From: Verrucomicrobiota bacterium
Lineage (GTDB): Bacteria > Verrucomicrobiota > Verrucomicrobiia > Limisphaerales > AAA164-E04
Direction: 5' to 3'
Assembly (NCBI GenBank): GCA_023257935.1
Contig: JALRAZ010000220.1
Span: 1 to 43,286 of the forward strand
DNA length: 43,286 bases
Within the stretch, counting starts at the first letter, position 1, and each line of letters starts with the position of its first letter. Below are positions 35,790 to 43,286 of the stretch, one piece after another. Below the pieces are notes generated by a model that ran no database searches, had not been told where the DNA came from, and was given only the letters and a program-made list of their open reading frames with translations. A program made the translations under genes and the position numbers.

Positions 35790-35927
35790 CAGTCGACTTG
35801 GGCTGATCGACTAGCCTGCGCTTTCCCAATCAGCTTGGATTTTTAATATCCTGTAACTCCCGGTGGGTGTCAAAAGGGGATGGGGTTTTTGATTGTCTTT
35901 TGATCTCTCTAGGGATGTAGTCAATGG

Positions 35928-37490
35928 ATGCCTTTGGGTTCCTATCATCATTGCTGGGTTACCTGGTGGGGGACTTTGTTTCTGGGCCTTTTTTTTGGGT
36001 TTTTCCCAAAATCCAGAGGCCAAACCCCACCTGACTCCAGACCGAATATCGTTTTGATATTGTGTGATGACATGGGTTGGTCTGACCTTGGGTGTTATGG
36101 GGGCGAAATCCAGACCCCTCACATTGATCGACTGGCTCGCGAAGGGTTGCGATTTACACATTTCTACAATAACGGGAAATGCACCACGACGCGAGCCTCA
36201 CTGATGACAGGTCTTTATCCCCGAGAGGGTCGAGGACCTCTACTTGGGCAGGCCATGCTGACTCTTGCCGAGGCCTTGAAAATGGCTGGTTATCAAACGG
36301 CCATGAGTGGGAAGTGGCATCTGGGAAGCCAATCCCCCTTCAGACCCATCGACAGAGGGTTCGATGACTATTATGGCCTCATGGATGGAGCCTGCCATTA
36401 TTTTGAACCCACCAGGCCTGATCCGGACTTCAAGCAGCATCGGGTGCGAGTTTTTGCTCACAATGACTCACCGATCACGAGCTTCGAAGAAGGGTTTTAC
36501 ACGACCGACGCTTTTTCTGACCAAGCGTGCAGGCAAATCATGGAAATGGCAGCGCGCCCCCAACCATTCTTCCTGCATCTGGCCTACACGGCGCCGCATT
36601 ATCCGCTGCATGCACCGGCTGAATTGGTGGCACGCTACCAAGGAAAATACCTGCTTGGCTGGGAAAAGCTCAGAGAGCTCAGACACCGTAGGCAAATTGA
36701 GCTAGGGCTTGTTGACCCTGGCTGGAAACTGCCATTGGATGACCCGCTGGTCGAGCCATGGGGGCAGCAAGCGCATCCATCCTGGCAGGCTGAGCGCATG
36801 GCGGTATACGCAGCGATGGTTGATCGCATGGATCAGGGCATTGGGAAGGTGCTCAAGACTCTCAGACAGGCAGGCGTTGATCGGGAGACTTTGGTTGTTT
36901 TTTTATCTGATAACGGCGGTTGCTCGGAGGTGTATGCGCAGGATCGAATGGAATTCAAACCTGGCTCCGGCGATCACTACATGACGTGCGGGCCGGGTTG
37001 GGCCCATGCGCAGAACACCCCTTTTCGTCGATTCAAGACGTGGATGCACGAAGGAGGTATCGCCACACCGATGATTGTTCGTTGGCCTGAGCGCATCGCT
37101 CCCAATACGGTGACTCAGCAAATGGGTCATGTCATGGATTTCATGCCGACCTTTCTTGAATTGGCTGGTGCCTCCTATCCCTCCACCTACCGCGGCCAAG
37201 ATTTGATTCCCTTGGAGGGTCGTAGCCTATTGCCTGTGTTTCATGGGCGGGACATGGGCTGGATTCCGGACCTCAAATGGGCCTATCGTGGCTGTCGAGC
37301 GATCCGCCAGGGAGATTGGAAGCTAGTCTGGGACAAGGCATTCAAGCAGTGGGAACTTTACCACTTAGTGCACGATCGGACTGAAATGACTGATTTGTCG
37401 TTGCAGTATCCCGACCGAGTGCAAGCGATGGCCGAATCTTGGGATTTTTGGGCAGTTCATCTCGGAATCGAAGGGCCCTCTTTGCAATAG
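35928..37490 (+). CDS. arylsulfatase family protein (atypical FGly motif)
   Basis: Signal peptide, 'PNIVLILCDDMGWSDLGCYG', nucleophile region 'KCTTTRASLMTG', 'GKWHLG', 'FLSDNGG' and 'EGGIATPMIVRWP'. Confidence 0.85.
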   Translation: MPLGSYHHCWVTWWGTLFLGLFFGFFPKSRGQTPPDSRPNIVLILCDDMGWSDLGCYGGEIQTPHIDRLAREGLRFTHFYNNGKCTTTRASLMTGLYPREGRGPLLGQAMLTLAEALKMAGYQTAMSGKWHLGSQSPFRPIDRGFDDYYGLMDGACHYFEPTRPDPDFKQHRVRVFAHNDSPITSFEEGFYTTDAFSDQACRQIMEMAARPQPFFLHLAYTAPHYPLHAPAELVARYQGKYLLGWEKLRELRHRRQIELGLVDPGWKLPLDDPLVEPWGQQAHPSWQAERMAVYAAMVDRMDQGIGKVLKTLRQAGVDRETLVVFLSDNGGCSEVYAQDRMEFKPGSGDHYMTCGPGWAHAQNTPFRRFKTWMHEGGIATPMIVRWPERIAPNTVTQQMGHVMDFMPTFLELAGASYPSTYRGQDLIPLEGRSLLPVFHGRDMGWIPDLKWAYRGCRAIRQGDWKLVWDKAFKQWELYHLVHDRTEMTDLSLQYPDRVQAMAESWDFWAVHLGIEGPSLQ

Positions 37491-37658
37491 GAAGGTTGAA
37501 TCCAAGGCCTAAAAGTTTATCGACAGAGCAGACAAGTGGCGCTACAAGTGACCCTCGTCGGTGTGTGCGCACAGTTTCAGAGATGAGATGCCTGATTCAG
37601 GCGTGACACTCTCGCCGAAATTCCCAAGAGATCATTGAGTGAACACCCAATCCTAAAC

Positions 37659-38321
37659 ATGTCAGAAACCCAATCCACTGTTTCCCTTCCCAATAGAATT
37701 CGCGCTCTTTCTTCCTCCGCTGATCCAGATCCGGGTTGCTTGGCCCTTGATCAGGCCAAGGGCAAGTTGCTGCAACTTATTGACAGTGGTCAAGAGTCCA
37801 TGTTGCCGAAATACGAGCAAGCCCTCAAATATGTCGTTCGTGCTCAAAAACTTTTTGTGACGGCGCCCAAGGACGCGATACTCTCCAAGGCAGCCAAGGA
37901 ATGTGCGCAGGAAATTGATGCATGGCTATTAACCGAACCGAGTAACAACCTCCAGGATCGACAATTCGTGCTTCAATGGCGAATGGATCGTGAAAAAGCC
38001 CTTTCCAAGTCCAAGAGCGGCTCAGCTCCTCGATCAAGATCAACCGCAGCCTCGGCTGGAAGCGGTTACAATCATGCCAAGCATGGGGATATTCTGAATC
38101 TGATCACCAAGGACCTTTTGGGTTTACAGTCTGGGCAAAGTATTTCCGGGAAGGAAATCAAGGAGAAGCTTGGCAAGGGTGTCTACAGCGACAGCAAGGG
38201 TAAGGAATTCAAGGCCTCCACTCTGTTTGCGATTATTTACAAGGCAGGCAAGGATGCGGCAGAGAACCCCGATTCACCCTCTATATTGATCAATCAGGAT
38301 CGTAAATACTGGCTTAGGTAG
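37659..38321 (+). CDS. hypothetical protein, no recognised domain
   Basis: ORF with an ATG at 37659 (the track start at 37635 is a TTG). Helical N-terminal half, Ser-rich linker, Lys-rich C-terminal ~80 aa. It fills a gap that no other ORF explains. Confidence 0.5.
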   Translation: MSETQSTVSLPNRIRALSSSADPDPGCLALDQAKGKLLQLIDSGQESMLPKYEQALKYVVRAQKLFVTAPKDAILSKAAKECAQEIDAWLLTEPSNNLQDRQFVLQWRMDREKALSKSKSGSAPRSRSTAASAGSGYNHAKHGDILNLITKDLLGLQSGQSISGKEIKEKLGKGVYSDSKGKEFKASTLFAIIYKAGKDAAENPDSPSILINQDRKYWLR

Positions 38322-38405
38322 GGGATCGCTGACTGCTGGTAAATCATCCCCCCTGCCAGCTTGTCATTTGACGGATTCTCCACCGCATTCCTGCAAAAAC
38401 ATTCG

Positions 38406-38807
38406 ATGATGGCTCGCAAAAAACCACGCGTCGATGTGTCGGGTGGCTCTGGTTTGAGCCATAATCCTTTTGGCGATCTCGATGCCTTGGGGCTGCCTGA
38501 GGCGAGTCCTGATGTCCCAGTTCAGGCGAGCGGGCAAACCACACCGCCTCCTCGCCCTCGTTCTCGAGGGAGAGTGGATATTATCCGCCAGAAAGCCCAC
38601 CGGGGAGGTAAGACGGTGACGGTGTTGACGGGTTTTGTGGGGATTGGGCTTGCTGAGAAAGAGAGCATGGCCCGAGAGCTACAGAAGTCATGCGGCGTCG
38701 GTGGCACAGTCAAGGATGGTCATATTGAAATTCAGGGAGATCAGCGGGAAAAAGCCATGGATTTCCTGAGATCGGCCGGATTCCGCCCCGTTCTGGCTGG
38801 TGGCTGA
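38406..38807 (+). CDS. yciH: SUI1/YciH family translation initiation factor-like protein
   Basis: C-terminal SUI1 domain 'RGGKTVTVLTGF...LQKSCGVGGTVKDGHIEIQGDQREKAMDFL'. ATG ATG at 38406 (the track start at 38361 is a TTG). Confidence 0.85.
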   Translation: MMARKKPRVDVSGGSGLSHNPFGDLDALGLPEASPDVPVQASGQTTPPPRPRSRGRVDIIRQKAHRGGKTVTVLTGFVGIGLAEKESMARELQKSCGVGGTVKDGHIEIQGDQREKAMDFLRSAGFRPVLAGG

Positions 38808-38864
38808 CTTGAATGGCTCATCCACAAGAGGACCCTATCCTCAGCGGTGACCGAATGATTGAGT

Positions 38865-40148
38865 TCAGTCCTTCACAACGTAAGGCTCAAAATCGTGTTC
38901 GCAATGGGGGGGGATGCGCACTTTAAAATGAGCATAATCGTCTTTGTAATCCCGTTCCTCCACTTGCCCGATTTCATAGAGTCGTGACATGATTTCGGTC
39001 TGATCAATGGGAATGCGTAGCTGGAGGGAGGAGCGGATGGGTTTGAGTTGACGCCCCAGTTCAGCGTAAAAAGCATCAAAGCCTTCCTGATGACGTGCCG
39101 AAATGGCTACCGAAGGCTGATGGCTTTCTAAATAGTGTTCCACGATGCCTTGACTCTCAACCTGATCCACCTTGTTGAAGACCATCATGCATGGCTTGTC
39201 GTGGGCCTTGATCTCAGCCAGCACCTCATTCACCGCCTTGATCTGGTCGTCGACTTGAGGGTGGCTCAAGTCGGTGACATGGATCAGTAGATCGGCTTCC
39301 ACGACTTCCTCAAGGGTTGCCTTGAATGCCTCGACGAGTCGATGGGGTAGCTTGCGGATGAAACCGACTGTATCGGAAATCAAAACGTTCTGATTGGTGG
39401 GTAGGCGTAACCGGCGCGTGGTGGGATCCAAGGTCGCAAAAAGCTTGTCTTCTGCAAGGACGTTGGTCCCGGTCAGGGAATTGAGAAGGGTCGATTTTCC
39501 AGCATTGGTGTAGCCGACAATCGAGGCTAGTGGCCAAAGATGTCGTTTCCGCCCCGAGCGTTGGATGAGACGCTGTCGGCGGACTTGCTCGAGTTCCTCG
39601 GTCAGTTTTTGGATGCGTTCGGAAACCTTTCGGCGATCCACCTCAAGCTGTGATTCACCATCCCCGCCTCGCATGCCAATGCCACCCTTCTGTCGAGAGA
39701 GGTGGGTCCAGAATCGAGTCAATCGAGGTAAGAGGTATTTGAGTTGTGCTAATTCGACCTGAAGTTTGCCTTCCCGCGTCTGGGCTCGTTGGGCAAAAAT
39801 ATCTAGAATAAGGCTTGTACGGTCTAAAATCTTACACTCGAAAATCCTTTCCAAATTACGCGCCTGACCGGGGGAGAGTTCTTCATCAAAAATAACCGTA
39901 TCGACCTCGTCTATCTTGCACTGTTCGGCAAAATCCTCTGCTTTACCCTTGCCGATAAAGGTGCCTGCATGGGGTGAATCGAGTTTTTGAAATCCATCCC
40001 CGACTATGGTAGCGCCAGCTGTGGTGGCTAACTGTGCGAGTTCCTCTAGTGAATCCTTGATTTCCCAGGCTGAGTGAGAACGGAACTGAGCCCCGATGAG
40101 GAAGGCTCGCTCGCTGGTCTTTCCGAAATTGTCGATGAGGGCTTTCAA
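38865..40148 (-). CDS. hflX: GTPase HflX
   Basis: HflX N-terminal domain, 'GYTNAGKSTLLN', 'DTVGFI', 'NKVD'. 427 aa. The start codon at 40148 is TTG, with no upstream ATG in frame. Confidence 0.9.
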   Translation of the reverse strand: MKALIDNFGKTSERAFLIGAQFRSHSAWEIKDSLEELAQLATTAGATIVGDGFQKLDSPHAGTFIGKGKAEDFAEQCKIDEVDTVIFDEELSPGQARNLERIFECKILDRTSLILDIFAQRAQTREGKLQVELAQLKYLLPRLTRFWTHLSRQKGGIGMRGGDGESQLEVDRRKVSERIQKLTEELEQVRRQRLIQRSGRKRHLWPLASIVGYTNAGKSTLLNSLTGTNVLAEDKLFATLDPTTRRLRLPTNQNVLISDTVGFIRKLPHRLVEAFKATLEEVVEADLLIHVTDLSHPQVDDQIKAVNEVLAEIKAHDKPCMMVFNKVDQVESQGIVEHYLESHQPSVAISARHQEGFDAFYAELGRQLKPIRSSLQLRIPIDQTEIMSRLYEIGQVEERDYKDDYAHFKVRIPPHCEHDFEPYVVKD

Positions 40149-40229
40149 GGTATTTGCTTGGCAATCATTGGACTGCGATAGGTAAGGTATTCCAGCCGAA
40201 AGTGCAAATCATCTGTATCAAGCTCTCGA

Positions 40230-41675
40230 TCAGGGAGCTTGATTGGCCGCTCTATTTATTTCCAGGCCAGCAAGATTTGTTTCCAAGGTTGCTGTGCCAA
40301 GTCGCATGATGATTTCGGACATGTATGGCGCCATTTGTGGTCCATAAAAACCCATGATTTGCGTTTCATATTCGTTTAGGAAGTAATATTTCTGTGGCAC
40401 AACATACCCAATGTAATGGCCATTGAAACTGGTCACCATGGCATGCGTTTTGTGTTGCCCAAAATAGGCGCGTATGGGGAGGCAAAGTTCTCCACTAAAG
40501 TCACACGGCGTACTGATCATCAAGGCATTGCCTATTTGAAAGGCTTGAACCTTTACTGCTCTCTCGATGGGAAGGATGAGGCGAGCTAGCCATGGTCTTA
40601 GACGCCAAACCCTCCATATCCTGATGTGAGGGGATGGGAGGTAGACTGGTGCCTCGCCATAGGCCATGGAAACCTTGTCTGAAAAGATAGCTTCCTGAAG
40701 GTTTTCAAGGCTTAGCATGGCCAGTTGTTCGCCCAATTGCACCGCTCCTTGGTGGTCTCCTGAAGGAGGGATGGCAGCATGACTTCCGACCCCTCCCGCC
40801 AGAAAGAGGGCGGTTCCTCCAGTTGCGGCCTCTATTTTCGAAGCCCAATGTCCAGGGTAATCACCACAGTAATCCAAAGAGTGAGCCCCTACCACCGTGG
40901 CGTGTGCCGAGAACATCCCTATGGTGGCCAAAACTCGATCACCAGCTCTGAAAAACATCGAGTCCAGTTGCTGATCCACTTGCCCCTTTTGCCCCACCAG
41001 GCGATTGCGAACCAGCCCTTCTGTGGTGACCGAAGTTGACGCCCATTGGACTGGTTGCAAATCGAGTCTTGCAGCTTCCAGGCAGGTGAAGATTCGCTCT
41101 GTCAACCATGGTTGGAAAGAGGCGTGGTGGGGTCCAGCAAAGGCCTCAGCCAACCATCCAACTCCCCAGCCCCCAGGCCCCGAATGGGTGTGCGTGGCTC
41201 CCCAATAAATCGTCGAAGGATCAATCCCCAGCCTGTCCTTTATCTTTTCCTCCAAGGCAAGAACCGCCTCTGGGGGAGGGATGAGCATCTCAAGAGAAAG
41301 AATGACCCGTTCGAACGTCCCCTTTCTGATCCACAATGCGCGCGCGTGTACCTCATCTAGGATTCCCTGCGCTGGTCTGCCCTGACGCGCTCCATAACCT
41401 GCTAAAGGCAGCTTATGGAGATTCCCTTCATGGGCTCCAGGGTCTGGGGTGATGCTAATCTTGGCTGCCCCAGCCATGAGGGTCCCCGTGTCGGCAGACA
41501 TGAAGCTACCCTCTTGGTTTAATGCTTCAATAGTCTGATGGTAATAGCTCTGGTTGATGTAGGGCTCCGTATCAATTGACTCGAAGCATGCCAAGCTCAG
41601 GAGGAGCAAAACAAATACCGCTCTGGTGGTCCAACGCCTGAGGGCTGCTCGGGTGAGTGATAAGTATCCAATCAC
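40230..41675 (-). CDS. neutral/alkaline ceramidase N-terminal-domain-like protein (secreted)
   Basis: Signal peptide. 'AAKISITPDPG', 'LAGYGARQGRPAQGILDEVHARALWI' and 'ATHTHSGPGG' match the ceramidase_alk N-domain pattern. GTG start at 41675. Confidence 0.7.
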   Translation of the reverse strand: MIGYLSLTRAALRRWTTRAVFVLLLLSLACFESIDTEPYINQSYYHQTIEALNQEGSFMSADTGTLMAGAAKISITPDPGAHEGNLHKLPLAGYGARQGRPAQGILDEVHARALWIRKGTFERVILSLEMLIPPPEAVLALEEKIKDRLGIDPSTIYWGATHTHSGPGGWGVGWLAEAFAGPHHASFQPWLTERIFTCLEAARLDLQPVQWASTSVTTEGLVRNRLVGQKGQVDQQLDSMFFRAGDRVLATIGMFSAHATVVGAHSLDYCGDYPGHWASKIEAATGGTALFLAGGVGSHAAIPPSGDHQGAVQLGEQLAMLSLENLQEAIFSDKVSMAYGEAPVYLPSPHIRIWRVWRLRPWLARLILPIERAVKVQAFQIGNALMISTPCDFSGELCLPIRAYFGQHKTHAMVTSFNGHYIGYVVPQKYYFLNEYETQIMGFYGPQMAPYMSEIIMRLGTATLETNLAGLEINRAANQAP

Positions 41676-41774
41676 TCGGTGAACCTAGTGCCAGTAGATC
41701 TGTGATGGCAAGTATCGGATTATTCTCAAAAGGGAGATGACCCCACATAGGTTGAGCGATTCAATGCTGGAGCC

Positions 41775-43016
41775 ATGCAAAGGCTTCTGATTGACTCTCA
41801 GCCCGTGATCACAATCCACCCGGTATCCTCCCGCCGTTTCCTGGCATATCTCATGGTCAGCTTTGTTGTTTTTGGCGCCCTGGGAACGACTGCGGGAGCA
41901 ACCCTCCCGATGGTTATCCGGTATTTTCAATGGGATTACCTGGTGGCTGGTTGGCTCTTCGGGGCGTCCTCTTTGGGATACCTCATTGCTACCTGGCTGG
42001 CCGGGTGTTGGATTCCCAGCCTAGGGCTACGTAGGATCATGGCTCTGGGCTGGGTCCTACAGGCTTTGGGTATGGGGTGCTTTGGCATCATGCCTCAGTT
42101 TGGCTGGAACATCTGCTGTTTTGCCATTTTAGGTCTGGGGCAGGGGATGATCGAGGTGAGCATCAACGTTGCCGTGGTAAGATTGGAACCCGGTGGTCAG
42201 GGACGCATGATGAATCTCGTGCACTCAGGGTTCACCATTGGAGCTATCCTAGCACCTTTTGGGGTGGCTACGATGGCCGCTCGTGATCTGGCTTGGCAAT
42301 GGGCGTATGGGATACTTGGGGGCGCTGGTCTCATGATGTTTGGTTGGACAACCCTGAATGGCTGGCTTGCCGAGCAGGTCGCTGAAACCAGGGCGACTGA
42401 AGGCAGGGAGCCAGCTTCCACCTTTACCTGGTGGCGACAACCCTTCCTGATCTTTTGCTGTCTAAGCATTTTCTTCTATGTCGGGGCTGAAATCGGTATT
42501 TCCAATTGGTTGGCCGAGTATTTTGTGCAGCATCATCGAAGCACCGAGGCTTTTGGTGCGAACATGGTAGCGATATTCTGGATCGGCATCTTCGCCGGGC
42601 GCCTGGGGTTAGGGATGGGGTGGGGGAGCCGTCACCTGCATGCCATGCTCATGGTTGCCAGCTTGCTGGCACTCGCCTCTCTGGCTCTTGCCATCCTGGC
42701 ACGATCGCCTTTCCTAGCCGGGTGTTTTTATCTGCTCACTGGCCTCGGTTATTCGGTTACCTATCCTTGCGTGATGTCAGCCATAGGGCATGCCTACCCG
42801 CTTCAGCAGAGTCAGGCCATTGGATACACTTCAGCCAGTGGTGGTTTTGGAGTGCTCCTCTTTCCTCTGATGATGTCCATCCTTGGGCAGGAGTTGGGCA
42901 TTCAGTCGGGATTTTGGTTTTATTGGGGGCTTTCCTTGGCAATGGCTGGAACCATCCTGTTGGCCTGGAAGGCATCAATCAAGCGATCTGAAAATGGCAC
43001 TCTTTCGGTAAGCTAA
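41775..43016 (+). CDS. MFS transporter
   Basis: 413 aa with about 12 TM helices. Loop 'GLRRIMALG' between TM2 and TM3 is typical of MFS. Confidence 0.8.
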   Translation: MQRLLIDSQPVITIHPVSSRRFLAYLMVSFVVFGALGTTAGATLPMVIRYFQWDYLVAGWLFGASSLGYLIATWLAGCWIPSLGLRRIMALGWVLQALGMGCFGIMPQFGWNICCFAILGLGQGMIEVSINVAVVRLEPGGQGRMMNLVHSGFTIGAILAPFGVATMAARDLAWQWAYGILGGAGLMMFGWTTLNGWLAEQVAETRATEGREPASTFTWWRQPFLIFCCLSIFFYVGAEIGISNWLAEYFVQHHRSTEAFGANMVAIFWIGIFAGRLGLGMGWGSRHLHAMLMVASLLALASLALAILARSPFLAGCFYLLTGLGYSVTYPCVMSAIGHAYPLQQSQAIGYTSASGGFGVLLFPLMMSILGQELGIQSGFWFYWGLSLAMAGTILLAWKASIKRSENGTLSVS

Positions 43017-43040
43017 GCCCCCTGATATGATTTGGGGTGA

Positions 43041-43286
43041 TTAGCGGAACATAGCGTGATTGCGATCACCTCGAGAGAGCACATAGGCCATCAGGTCCAT
43101 GATTTCGTTTTTCTCAAGCATGTTCAGGAGTCCTTCAGGCATCATGGAGATCTTGGAAGGCTCGATGCTGATCACCTGCTTGCGATCGATGAGGACATTG
43201 CCGTTGGGATCGAACATGTTCACATTGACCGTGATGTTGTCACTGCCAAGATTGATGATTCGGCCTGTCACCGTATCCCCATTCTC
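43041..43286 (-). CDS. C-terminal fragment of a larger protein (PVC-type heme-binding/HEAT 'membrane-bound dehydrogenase'-like tail); 5' end lies outside the window
   Basis: The frame stays open to the window edge (the track 'M' is an internal GTG). The tail 'SMMPEGLLNMLEKNEIMDLMAYVLSRGD' resembles the conserved C-terminus of Pirellula/Verrucomicrobium-type CxxCH proteins. Confidence 0.5.
   Translation of the reverse strand, partial: ENGDTVTGRIINLGSDNITVNVNMFDPNGNVLIDRKQVISIEPSKISMMPEGLLNMLEKNEIMDLMAYVLSRGDRNHAMFR

Noticed and set aside
35811-36161. 116-aa minus-strand ORF spanning the pseudopilin/sulfatase intergenic region and the sulfatase 5' end.
   Set aside because: It is antisense to the sulfatase signal-peptide region and has a Pro/Lys/Gln-rich translation with no motifs. 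Its only notable aspect is that its 3' end holds the 16-nt repeat reported separately.
1-43286. Scan for tRNA, rRNA, CRISPR repeats, IS elements, integrases, and toxin-antitoxin or restriction-modification genes.
   Set aside because: I found none. All intergenic gaps are about 220 nt or shorter, with no repeat-spacer periodicity, no cloverleaf-like sequences and no transposase or integrase motifs in any long ORF.

Overview
This 43.3 kb window looks like an ordinary chromosomal region from a PVC-superphylum bacterium, most likely Verrucomicrobiota. Lineage markers are a PSCyt1/DUF1549/DUF1553 + DUF1501 gene pair, a DUF1559 'H-X9-DG' pseudopilin, two sulfatases, a tandem DUF1080 protein, a Tat-signal Gfo/Idh/MocA oxidoreductase and the C-terminus of a PVC-type heme-binding giant protein. 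I support about 36 protein-coding genes, mostly on the minus strand and tightly packed. Several pairs have overlapping stop/start codons (ATGA or TGATG), which suggests translational coupling. Main blocks: (1) an LPS-core/export cluster of LptF/G permease, GT4, SAM methyltransferase and GT9; (2) a 2-oxoacid dehydrogenase E1alpha-E1beta-E2 operon; (3) the DUF1553/DUF1501 pair next to a periplasmic oxidoreductase; (4) an ABC-F ATPase divergent from a TPR/SGNH-like membrane protein; (5) a long same-strand run aroE - prepilin peptidase - CxxCH/WD40 protein - aroQ - secreted EEP-fold enzyme - EHD-like dynamin-superfamily NTPase - tandem DUF1080; (6) comM, MFS transporters, pseudopilin, sulfatase, SUI1/YciH, hflX and a ceramidase-like protein. 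I found no rRNA, tRNA, CRISPR array, transposase, integrase or phage gene. Many ORF-track entries have spurious N-terminal extensions overlapping the upstream gene, and I trimmed these to internal ATGs that sit next to the neighbouring stop codon. The most interesting item is a bacterial protein that aligns closely, from memory, with eukaryotic EHD membrane-remodelling ATPases but ends in a transmembrane hairpin instead of an EH domain. Secondary items: a prepilin peptidase with a ~90-aa insertion between its catalytic Asp motifs, embedded between shikimate genes and coupled to a CxxCH/WD40 protein; a GmhB-like phosphatase whose nucleophilic Asp is Glu; two sulfatases with non-canonical FGly motifs; and a 16-nt exact repeat upstream of both pilus-related genes. 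All homology calls rest on motif recognition by eye, since no searches could be run.
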